Shown here one piece after another: positions 35,065-43,836 of a stretch of DNA of 64,000 nt (its first letter is position 1; each line of letters opens with the position of its first letter). Under the pieces are notes generated by a model, which did no database searches, had not been told where the DNA came from, and saw only the letters and a list, made by a program, of their open reading frames with translations. This DNA is from Fusobacteriaceae bacterium UBA2433 (GTDB lineage: Bacteria; Fusobacteriota; Fusobacteriia; Fusobacteriales; Fusobacteriaceae): positions 18,752 to 82,751 of the forward strand of contig DDQV01000122.1 of the NCBI GenBank assembly GCA_002342785.1, read 5' to 3'. The position numbers and the translations under genes were made by a program.

Positions 35065-35895
35065 TTACAGGTTCAATGTTTTAACAACTATAAATTTTTC
35101 AATCACTGTTTTTAGTGCATGATCATTATGAGATGTAGAAATAAATTTTGAGATATTTTTAACTTCTATCCTGGCATTTTCCACGGCTACTGGCATACCT
35201 ACTACCTCTAGCATAGTCATATCATTATATGAATCTCCTACACTTATTATCTCTTCAGATTTTATTCCTAACTTATGAGCTAACTTTAATAAACTTGCTC
35301 CCTTATCTATCCCCTTTTTCATTACTTCTAGAAAAAATGGTTTAGATATGGCTAGACTATATTTTCCTTTTAAAAGTTTATTTAATTTTATTTCTACTTC
35401 TTTTAAATATTCTGGTTTTTCTAACATAATACATTTTACTACTGGTTCAGTTACAGTTGATTTAAAACAATCTATCTTTCTATAAGGCATCCCTGTAAGA
35501 TTGATCTCTACATCTATATATTCACTTTTGGTTTCAGAAGCTATTTCTTCATCTACATAGGTAAGTAGTTGAACATTATGTTCCCTAGATAGATCATATA
35601 TTTTATGAGCATCTTCTACAGTTAATTTTTCTTCTAGCCATATTTTATCTGTTGCACACTCTGTAATTATAGCTCCATTATAACTGAGCATATAACTTTC
35701 ATATCTATCTAATTCTAATTCCTTAGCAAATGCTTTCATTGCAAAAGTCGGTCTTCCAGAAGCTAAAACAAATTTTATTCCCATCTTTTGGGCTTTCATT
35801 ATGGCATTTTTATTTTCGCTAGATATCTTTCCTTCACTATTTAATAACGTATCATCCATATCTGTTACAATCATCTTATATTTCATATCTTTCAC
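35065..35895 (-). CDS. Cof-type HAD-IIB hydrolase
   Basis: TDMDDTLLN, LASGR, KGIDKG, VGDSYNDMTML. Confidence 0.93.
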   Translation of the reverse strand: MKDMKYKMIVTDMDDTLLNSEGKISSENKNAIMKAQKMGIKFVLASGRPTFAMKAFAKELELDRYESYMLSYNGAIITECATDKIWLEEKLTVEDAHKIYDLSREHNVQLLTYVDEEIASETKSEYIDVEINLTGMPYRKIDCFKSTVTEPVVKCIMLEKPEYLKEVEIKLNKLLKGKYSLAISKPFFLEVMKKGIDKGASLLKLAHKLGIKSEEIISVGDSYNDMTMLEVVGMPVAVENARIEVKNISKFISTSHNDHALKTVIEKFIVVKTLNL

Positions 35896-36076
35896 CTCAT
35901 TTTATATTTTTTTCTTAAATTTATAATATCATAAAATTTTAATCTTATTTTTTTATAATTAACTTATAAATTTGAAAATCAATTTATTATTATAATTTAT
36001 GTATAAATAAAATCTAAATAAAAAAAATTTTAATAATAATAATATCTATAATAAATCCATAATAAATTTATGTAAA

Positions 36077-36115
36077 AACCCCTTCTAAATTAGCTAAGCT
36101 AATTTAAAAGGGGTT
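36077..36115 (-). terminator. Terminator downstream of rnpB
   Basis: AACCCCTT.TAAATTAGC/GCTAATTTA.AAGGGGTT stem with U-tract. Confidence 0.75.
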
Positions 36116-36130
36116 AATTTTATGATAAAT

Positions 36131-36478
36131 AGGTGTTAGGATACGCCGGGTTTTGTCGTTGGTCAATCATTTATCTAGGCCTATAATTGCTTATAGGCTC
36201 AAGCGACACACCTAAAAATCGAGACGGGCAGTCTCATAATGATCTTTCTTCGGTCTTGCTCCAGAAGGGGTTTACCAAGCTACAATAGTTTCCTATCATA
36301 CTGGTGGGCTCTTACCCCACCTTTTCACCCTTACCTATAAAACAAATTTATAGGCGGTCTATTTTCTGTGGCACTTTCCTTAAGGTTTCCCTCAGCAGCC
36401 GTTAGCTACCTTCATTGCCCTGTGGAGCCCGGACGTTCCTCCCCTGGATCTCTCCAGCAGCAACTGACTCTAACACCT
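36131..36478 (-). ncRNA. rnpB: RNase P RNA (bacterial type A-like)
   Basis: Minus strand: GAGGAACGTCCGGGCTCCACAGGGC, GGAAAGTGCCACAGAAAA, GGGTGAAAAGGTGGGGTAAGAGCCCACC, GGTAAACCCCTTCTGGAGCAAG, AGATAAATGATTG, ACAAAACCCGGCGTA; P1 AGGTGTTAG/CTAACACCT. Confidence 0.95.
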
Positions 36479-37046
36479 AATTATTAATATTTTTTTTCTT
36501 ACTCTTTTTTATTCCACCAATCTTTATAAACTTTAAGGTTATAAAAATAGCTATGGCCATAAATATCAAGATCAATAATCCTGCATATTTATTATCAATA
36601 AAAGCTTTCTTTACTTCTTTTTTTTGAATCTCTTGTTTATCTACCTCTATATTCTCTACAATTTTTTCCGATACATTAAAAACACTTAAAATAAAACTTT
36701 TATATTCTTTTTTTACTATTGCTTCCTCTCCTTCAATCAATAAGTTATCGATCTCTTCTTCATAAGCACTAGTATCTATATCTTGAGTAAATTTTAATTT
36801 TACATTAATATCATTTTTTCCATCTGGAATTATATCTAAGATTATTGTTTTTTCAACAATACCCTTTTCATCCATTTTTCTACCAAGGTTTACATGATAC
36901 ACTATATCTCCATTTTTTTCAATCTCTGATAATTTTTTTTCAATTTCTTGTTTCTCTTCTATAGTTAAATAATTTCCACTATCATTGACCTGTCCAAAGG
37001 AAAATGTAAATATTATAAGAAGTAAAAATATTATTCTTTTTATCAT
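36477..37046 (-). CDS. Hypothetical membrane protein, possibly a degenerate TPM domain
   Basis: Signal peptide; VND.GNYLT.EE..EIE..L..IE resembles a TPM N-terminus; C-terminal TM segment. Confidence 0.55.
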   Translation of the reverse strand: MIKRIIFLLLIIFTFSFGQVNDSGNYLTIEEKQEIEKKLSEIEKNGDIVYHVNLGRKMDEKGIVEKTIILDIIPDGKNDINVKLKFTQDIDTSAYEEEIDNLLIEGEEAIVKKEYKSFILSVFNVSEKIVENIEVDKQEIQKKEVKKAFIDNKYAGLLILIFMAIAIFITLKFIKIGGIKKSKKKNINN

Positions 37047-37061
37047 AGGATCCTCCTAATT

Positions 37062-38102
37062 TTATAAATTCTTAAATACTGGCTGATCATTGTAGACTAT
37101 TACCTCTAGATCATTACAATATCTTTTTATTATATCGGTAAAGAAATGTTCACTTTCATAATGTCCAATATCAAAGATAGAAATTTCCATTTCCCTAGCA
37201 TCTAAAGCTTCATGATATTTTATATCACCTGTTATAAAAAGATCAACACCTATTTTTTCTACTTTGCTTAAAAAACTAGCTCCTCCACCATTTACTACAG
37301 CTATTTTTTTTATTTTTTTATCCAATTCACCTACCACTCTTATATTATTTAGAGATAGTTTTTCTTTTACCAATTCTAAGTAACTCCCTAACTCCATCTC
37401 TTCAGATAAATCATATATCCTTCCTAATCCGCCTAAAGAAATTTTATTTTCCGTTTTTATCATCTCATAAGTTATTTCTTCATAAGGTTGAATCTTTTTT
37501 ATTTCATTCAAAAGATTAGATAGTTTCCCTTTTTCTCCTAAAACATTTATTTTCTTATTTTTATCTACAAATTTTTCTTTTTCAAAATTTTCTGAAGAAT
37601 TTGAAGTATAATATACATTCTCATATCCATTATACTCCAATCCAAATTTTTCTATTTTCGATTTTAATTTTTCTGTAAACTCTTCTTTTACACAAACTGA
37701 TAATAAATATATATCCATATATTTTTCTTCTAAAATTTTAGAAGTTTTAACTCCCAATTTTTCGGTTATATATTGATTTAATCCTTCTTTAGCAGAATCT
37801 AAATTAGTATGCATAGAGTATACAGCAATCTTATTTTCAATTATTTTTAAAAGTTTTTTTCCTATAAAATTTTTAGAAGTAATATTTTTTATTCCACTAA
37901 ATATAATTGGATGATGAGTTATAATTAAATTTACTTTATTTTCTATAGCATGATCAATTATTTTTTCTGTAGCATCTAAAGATATTTGTACCTTTGTTAT
38001 TTCTCTATTTTCATCTCCAACTAAAAGCCCTATATTATCCCAAGATTCTGCTATGTCTTTAGGAAAAATTTTTTCTAATTTTTTTGTTAAAGTTTTAATT
38101 TT
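37062..38102 (-). CDS. Nif3-like dinuclear metal centre protein (long form)
   Basis: AE.WDN.GLLVG, THHP.IF, HTNLD, FITGDIKYH, DIGHYESE; start MKIK at 38102 overlaps the upstream stop. Confidence 0.93.
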   Translation of the reverse strand, partial: KIKTLTKKLEKIFPKDIAESWDNIGLLVGDENREITKVQISLDATEKIIDHAIENKVNLIITHHPIIFSGIKNITSKNFIGKKLLKIIENKIAVYSMHTNLDSAKEGLNQYITEKLGVKTSKILEEKYMDIYLLSVCVKEEFTEKLKSKIEKFGLEYNGYENVYYTSNSSENFEKEKFVDKNKKINVLGEKGKLSNLLNEIKKIQPYEEITYEMIKTENKISLGGLGRIYDLSEEMELGSYLELVKEKLSLNNIRVVGELDKKIKKIAVVNGGGASFLSKVEKIGVDLFITGDIKYHEALDAREMEISIFDIGHYESEHFFTDIIKRYCNDLEVIVYNDQPVFKNL

Positions 38103-39063
38103 CATCGATCCATTCCTTCTTTCCATTATATTTTAATTTAATCATAAGTTTATCTATTTTTAATTTTACCTTTGATGGTTCAATATCTAAGATCTTTCCA
38201 ATCTCTTCAAAATATTGTCTCTTCCCACTAAGTCCATAGTATAGATCAAGGATCTCTATCTCTTTTACCTTAAATTTATTAGCTAAATTAGAAACTGACA
38301 TAATTTTTTCTATCCTTTTTAATTCTATGTCTACTTCAACAATACTATTATATACTTTCGCATCTTCTTTGTCCTCTTCTTTTATTAAAAATCCATAATC
38401 ATTAATTTTTTGTAAATTTTCAAATTCTTCTATATTCATATTTAAAACTTTTTTTATATTTTCTATTTCAGATTCATCTATCTCTAAATTATTAATTTTA
38501 TTTTCAGATTTATATATTTCTACTTTCATATTTTTTAGATAAGTCATTATCGGTGATTTTAACTCTTCTACAACTAATTTATTACTTTGAATCATCTCAT
38601 ACTTTATCCAAAATTCCATATATTCTAAAAAATCCATAGGGCAATCTAAATCATAGTTATCTATAGCCTTTACTATTCCCATTATTCCTTCTTGAACTAG
38701 CTCTAAATAACTTGTTCCTGTTTTAGAATAATAAAGTGCTATTTTAGCTACTAATTTTAATGATTTCTCCATTAAAATTTCTCTAGAAGAGGTATTTCCA
38801 TCTTTTATACCTTTTATTAAATCTAATATTTCTTCTTTCTTTAGAGTTTTTATTGAAGATAATTCCCTTAAATAATTTTCTACTGTATTTTCATAGAAAC
38901 TTCCTATATTTTTCATGTTAAATTTTTCAACTCTTCCATTAATTTCATCTATTTTTTTCCCTTCTAAATTTAAGATTATATCTTTAAATTCATTTATAGT
39001 GGAATTTTCTACCATTAATTCAAAACTTCTCATATCTATTTTATTTTCTATATTTATTTTCAT
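38095..39063 (-). CDS. Divergent sigma70-family factor (group 1/2-like architecture)
   Basis: Region 1.2 VENYLREL; region 2 LKLVAKIA..Y...G..YLELVQEG.MG..KAI..Y; region 4 YYGL......EEIG. Confidence 0.75.
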   Translation of the reverse strand: MKINIENKIDMRSFELMVENSTINEFKDIILNLEGKKIDEINGRVEKFNMKNIGSFYENTVENYLRELSSIKTLKKEEILDLIKGIKDGNTSSREILMEKSLKLVAKIALYYSKTGTSYLELVQEGIMGIVKAIDNYDLDCPMDFLEYMEFWIKYEMIQSNKLVVEELKSPIMTYLKNMKVEIYKSENKINNLEIDESEIENIKKVLNMNIEEFENLQKINDYGFLIKEEDKEDAKVYNSIVEVDIELKRIEKIMSVSNLANKFKVKEIEILDLYYGLSGKRQYFEEIGKILDIEPSKVKLKIDKLMIKLKYNGKKEWIDEN

Positions 39064-39145
39064 TTCATCAACCCCAAATATATTTTTTTATTACTATACA
39101 TAATACCAAAGTTTTAAAACTCTTTCAATGAATTTTAAATTAAAA

Positions 39146-39176
39146 TAAGGAACAGCCCCATAAGAACCGTCCCTTA
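39146..39176 (-). terminator. Terminator after the serine dehydratase gene
   Basis: Minus strand TAAGGGACGG...CTGTTCCTTA stem with GU pairs, then TTTT. Confidence 0.55.
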
Positions 39177-39221
39177 GTAAATCAAATATCTAAAAATTTA
39201 TTTTGATAATTAAATATCCAA

Positions 39222-40430
39222 TTAACATTTTGCATTAAAATCAAATTTCGCTAATCCACCTAACGATGTTTCCTTATATTCACACTTCATATCTAAACCA
39301 GTTTGCTTCATTGTAAGTACTACATTATCAAAACTAACACTATGATGACCATCTGTAAATAGAGAATAATTTGCTGCATCTAGAGCTCTAACTGCTGCTG
39401 CTGCATTTCTTTCAATACACGGAATTTGTACATATCCACCAACTGGATCACAAGTGAGACCTAAGTGATGTTCTAATGCCATCTCTGCTGCATATTCTAT
39501 TTGATCTAAAGATCCTCCTAAAATAAAAGCCGCCATTCCTGCTGCCATTGCACATCCTGCTCCCACTTCCGCTTGGCACCCACCTTCTGCTCCAGATATA
39601 GTTGCATTTTCTTTAATTAAATTTCCAATCAATCCCGCTATGGCAAGACCTCTTAAAGTTTCTTCCATAGATAGATCATATTCCTCTTTTAGGGCATATA
39701 ATAATCCTGGAATAATACCTGCTGCACCACATGTAGGAGCTGTGACTACTCTTCCTCCTCCTCCATTTTCTTCTGAAACTGCCAATGTATAAGCAAATAT
39801 TTTTCCTAAATAACCATTTCTTAGATCATCTCTTCTGGCTTTTCTGTAAAACATCTGAGCTTTTCTTGGATATTTAAGAGTCCCTGGTAATACTCCAGTT
39901 TTTGAAAGTCCTGTTTTTACAGATTGTTCCATCGCTTCCCAAATTTTTTCTAAAAATGCCCAAATAGAAGGATCTTCCATCTCTACTACATATTCCCATA
40001 ATTCTTTCTGATTGCTTTTACACCATTTTATTACCCCATCCATAGTTGTCAGTGGATAAACTTTATTTGTGCCACCTCTAGATTCACCGTCTTCTACAAT
40101 AGTTCCTCCTCCTACAGAAAATACTAACCATTCTTTTGTTTTATTTCCATCTTTATCTTTTGCTATAAATTTCATTCCATTTGTATGGAATTCATGAACA
40201 AATTCCGGCATCCAAATTATCTCGGTAATTTTTGGTTTTAAAGTTTCTTCTATTACCCAGTCTGTTAAATGACCTTTTCCTGTCGCTGCCAATGAACCAT
40301 ACAATTCTACTTTGAAACTATCTGCATCAGGATTTTCCATTTTAAATTTTTTTGCTGCTCTTTCTGGTCCCATAGTATGAGAACTAGACGGTCCATTCCC
40401 TATCTTAAATAATTCCTTCAACGAATCCAT
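39222..40430 (-). CDS. sdaA: L-serine ammonia-lyase, iron-sulfur-dependent, single chain
   Basis: GPSSSHT.GP, LYGSLA.TGKGH.TD, VTAPT.GAAG, ISGAEGGCQAEVG, GLTCDPV.G.VQIPCIERN. Confidence 0.95.
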   Translation of the reverse strand: MDSLKELFKIGNGPSSSHTMGPERAAKKFKMENPDADSFKVELYGSLAATGKGHLTDWVIEETLKPKITEIIWMPEFVHEFHTNGMKFIAKDKDGNKTKEWLVFSVGGGTIVEDGESRGGTNKVYPLTTMDGVIKWCKSNQKELWEYVVEMEDPSIWAFLEKIWEAMEQSVKTGLSKTGVLPGTLKYPRKAQMFYRKARRDDLRNGYLGKIFAYTLAVSEENGGGGRVVTAPTCGAAGIIPGLLYALKEEYDLSMEETLRGLAIAGLIGNLIKENATISGAEGGCQAEVGAGCAMAAGMAAFILGGSLDQIEYAAEMALEHHLGLTCDPVGGYVQIPCIERNAAAAVRALDAANYSLFTDGHHSVSFDNVVLTMKQTGLDMKCEYKETSLGGLAKFDFNAKC

Positions 40431-40656
40431 AACTGTTTCCTCCTAATTTTTTATTAAACTTCAAATAATTCAATAAAATAATTTTTTTTACACTATATTA
40501 TAACATACTTTTTATTCTTTACAAATTATATTGTAAAATTCATTTATGAATATGTACTCTTATAATTCTTTAGAAACTAAAATAGTTCATAATTCAGTTT
40601 TAACAATATAAATAGATTTAGAAAAAATCCTAAATCTATCATTATTTTATATTTTT

Positions 40657-41673
40657 TTATAATGTTCCCCTTACTTCTAAAACACTTTTTATCTTAAAGT
40701 TTTTAAAAATAAACGAACCTATATATCCTATTATTAATCCAGATACCGCACACAATACTGCGGCCATAGTTACCTTTAATGGGCTATTAAAACCATACAT
40801 AACCATCAAGCCTGCTATGGGGGTTGCTGTTCCTGCTGCATTATTAATAAGTTCAAAGTGAGTTACTATAAGTCCTGCTATGGCTCCACCTACAAAGTTA
40901 GTACAATATACAGGAATAGGATTAGCTGAAATTAAATCTGCTTGTGTCAAAGGTTCTACTGCAACTGCTATCGTAGTTGATTTATCCTTAAATATCTTAT
41001 GAAAAAATACTGCATTCATAAAAGAAGATCCCATTACAGATAGTGCTCCTATTGCCATTGGTAACCCCGTTAATCCTAACATTGCTGTAAGTGCCATTGA
41101 GCTAAGTGGTGCTGTTGCTACTACTGTGATTACTCCACCAAGAATAATTGCCATTATAGTTGGACTTTGAGCCGTAGCTTGAGTAATTATTTTTCCTATG
41201 TTGATTAATGTAGCATTGACTAGTGGATCTGCTCCTATAGCTACTAGCCTTGCTAGTGGTGCTGCTATTACTATAACTGCTATTAGATCTATTCCATCAG
41301 GTATTTTTTCTTCCATCTTAGGTAATACAAATCCTAATACATATCCAGCAAAAAAACCTGGCAATATTCCGAAACCAGATACTCCACAACCAATTAATAC
41401 AGCATATACAGGTGACGATCCAAGTGCTAATGCTACTAAAATTGCTGCTGCTACTCCACCCATTCCACCAGATGCTGCACCTAGATCCCTTAAAATTGTT
41501 ATTCCAAATAAATCTCCACCAACATAAAAATGAAAAGCTTCCACTAAGAAACTAGCTGTTGCTGCTCCTGCTAATGCTCCCATAGCTTTCATCCCTTTTG
41601 GCATCTTTAAACTAAACATTGTAAACCCTACTAATACTAATAATAACAATATTATTCCTTTTAATATTTCCAT
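40657..41673 (-). CDS. PTS EIIC-like (PfoR/EIIC_2 family) membrane protein, probable amino-acid transporter
   Basis: Highly hydrophobic; GILPGF.AGY, DG.DLI, TAPLSSMAL, EPLTQAD motifs; no EIIA/B genes nearby. Confidence 0.75.
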   Translation of the reverse strand: MEILKGIILLLLVLVGFTMFSLKMPKGMKAMGALAGAATASFLVEAFHFYVGGDLFGITILRDLGAASGGMGGVAAAILVALALGSSPVYAVLIGCGVSGFGILPGFFAGYVLGFVLPKMEEKIPDGIDLIAVIVIAAPLARLVAIGADPLVNATLINIGKIITQATAQSPTIMAIILGGVITVVATAPLSSMALTAMLGLTGLPMAIGALSVMGSSFMNAVFFHKIFKDKSTTIAVAVEPLTQADLISANPIPVYCTNFVGGAIAGLIVTHFELINNAAGTATPIAGLMVMYGFNSPLKVTMAAVLCAVSGLIIGYIGSFIFKNFKIKSVLEVRGTL

Positions 41674-41745
41674 AACCTTCTTCCTCCTAAATATTTAAAT
41701 TACTTAATACTTAACTACCTTATTTAACAACTTGATTAGTATAAC

Positions 41746-41791
41746 ATAAAAAATCATTTTTTTGAATAAAAAATCATTTTTTTGAATAAAA
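41746..41791. repeat. Perfect 20-bp tandem repeat in the divergent promoter region
   Basis: ATAAAAAATCATTTTTTTGA x2 plus a partial unit; a third TCATTTTTTTGAATA at 41889-41903. Confidence 0.85.
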
Positions 41792-42055
41792 TGTGCTTTT
41801 TATAGAAAAAAAATATTTTTTTCAAACATAAATAGTAAAAAATAAAGAAAATAATTAGAAAATGTAATAAATTTCCATCTATAATTTTTCATTTTTTTGA
41901 ATATATTATTTAAAATACAAATTTTTAATATCTTAATTTTTATGATACAATGAAGTGTTAACTAAAATACAGAATTTTAACATATTATATTTCCCCTTGA
42001 AAACTCATTTGTGATATATATATAACTTTAATATTTAATTTAGGAGGAATAAACC

Positions 42056-42589
42056 TTGAATTTAGGAGAAAGAATAAAGTTTTTTAGAAAAGAACAAAAA
42101 ATGACTATAAAAGATCTTTCAGGTAAAACTAAACTATCTGTTGGATTTATAAGTAATATTGAAAGAGGGCAGAATAGTCCGTCTATTAGTAATCTTCAAC
42201 AAATTTGTGAAGCTTTAGAAGTTAATCTAATGGAAGTTTTACAAGATGTAAATGAACAGTCTCCAATTACTAGAAAAAGTGAAAGAAAATCTATCTTTGA
42301 ATCTGAAAAAGGAGATATAACTATAGAAACGTTAACTAATGCTAATCATGCTTTAAATGGTATATCGATTACTCTTTCAGATGAGAATCAACAAAGTGAT
42401 TTTTCTTGGGGACACAATTATGATGAAGTAGGAGTTGTTATCGAAGGTAGTCTAGAGATTGAATTAAATAATAAACTTTACAATCTAAATGAAGGAGATT
42501 CTATTTATATTGAAAAATTCCAACCTCATAAATATAGAAATCCAGCTAAAAAGAAAAATATTACTCATTGGTTTTCTCTAAGAAATTAA
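42056..42589 (+). CDS. XRE-family HTH regulator with C-terminal cupin domain
   Basis: IK..RK...MTI.DL..KT.LS.GFIS.IERG..SPS; cupin H..DE.G.V.EG.LE...GDSIY....PH.Y.N; TTG start with AGGAGG RBS; the only plus-strand gene. Confidence 0.92.
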   Translation: MNLGERIKFFRKEQKMTIKDLSGKTKLSVGFISNIERGQNSPSISNLQQICEALEVNLMEVLQDVNEQSPITRKSERKSIFESEKGDITIETLTNANHALNGISITLSDENQQSDFSWGHNYDEVGVVIEGSLEIELNNKLYNLNEGDSIYIEKFQPHKYRNPAKKKNITHWFSLRN

Positions 42590-42629
42590 TAAAAAAAAGT
42601 TTATCTATTATAGATAAACTTTTTTTATT
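42588..42629. terminator. Bidirectional terminator between convergent XRE and rpoD
   Basis: Long A-tract/T-tract-flanked hairpin AAAAAAAGTTTATCTA...TAGATAAACTTTTTTT. Confidence 0.85.
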
Positions 42630-42634
42630 AATTT

Positions 42635-43813
42635 TTATACAGTTTTGAAATCTTCTAATTTTTTTCTTCTACTAGGATGTCTTAATTTTCTTAATGCCTT
42701 TACCTCAATCTGTCTTATTCTTTCTCTAGTTACTTTGAATATCTTTCCAACCTCTTCCAAAGTCCTCGGACATCCATCATCTAAACCGTATCTAAATCTT
42801 AGAACTTTTTCCTCTCTATCACTTAAACTGCATAAAACTTCATTTAATTGTTCCTTTAATAGAGTTTTATGAGTTTCTTCATATGGGCTAAGCATATTAT
42901 TATCTTCTACAAAATCTCCTAATTCACTATCTTCTTCACTTCCTACTGGAGTTTCTAATGAAATAGGATCTTGATTCATTTCTAAAATAGTTTTAACTTT
43001 TTCAGTTTCCATACCTAGTCTATTTCCTAAAATTTCAGGAGTAGCTTCTTTTCCAGTCTCTTGCAAATAAATTCTGGCTTCCTTTTTTATTTTATTTATA
43101 GTTTCAATCATATGTACAGGAATCCTTATAGTTCTTCCTTGATCTGCTATAGCTCTTGTTATAGCCTGACGGATCCACCATGTTGCATACGTAGAAAATT
43201 TATATCCTTTTGCATGTTCAAATTTTCCAACTGCCTTCATTAAACCAATATTTCCCTCTTGAATTAGATCTAAAAGTTTAAGACCCCTGTTAGTATGTTT
43301 TTTTGCTATACTTACTACTAATCTTAGATTAGCTTCTACAAGTTGATTCTTAGCCCATTCATCTCCATCATCAGACATTTTAGCTAGTTCTATCTCTTGA
43401 GCATGTTTCAATAATGGAACTTGACCAATTTCACGAAGATACATCTTTATAGGTTCGTCTACAGAGACTCCCCCTACTAATAAATTTTTTGTATCTAACT
43501 CTTCTTTAGTAATTTCTTTTACTTTTTTAGGATCAAATCCAGAGTCATCTTCTGGAAGACTTGATTTTATTACCATTGTTTTTGTTTTTATTATCTTAGT
43601 CACTTTACTCTTAGCTTTAAGTTTTTTCTTTAATTCCTTTTCAGATACTACTTTTATTCCTTGATTAATCATTCCATTAATTAGGGTTTCTATTTTTTCT
43701 GGAGCAAAATCATCTTGAAGTTTACTATTTATCTCTTCAAAAGACATAATTTTCTCTTCTAAAGCCTTCTTTATAATCTCACGAACTTTCTCATTTTTAA
43801 TAAAATTTTTCAT
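42635..43813 (-). CDS. rpoD: Primary RNA polymerase sigma factor
   Basis: [64 protein letters not shown]. Confidence 0.98.
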   Translation of the reverse strand: MKNFIKNEKVREIIKKALEEKIMSFEEINSKLQDDFAPEKIETLINGMINQGIKVVSEKELKKKLKAKSKVTKIIKTKTMVIKSSLPEDDSGFDPKKVKEITKEELDTKNLLVGGVSVDEPIKMYLREIGQVPLLKHAQEIELAKMSDDGDEWAKNQLVEANLRLVVSIAKKHTNRGLKLLDLIQEGNIGLMKAVGKFEHAKGYKFSTYATWWIRQAITRAIADQGRTIRIPVHMIETINKIKKEARIYLQETGKEATPEILGNRLGMETEKVKTILEMNQDPISLETPVGSEEDSELGDFVEDNNMLSPYEETHKTLLKEQLNEVLCSLSDREEKVLRFRYGLDDGCPRTLEEVGKIFKVTRERIRQIEVKALRKLRHPSRRKKLEDFKTV

Positions 43814-43836
43814 CTTGCCTCCTCAACACTCACAAG

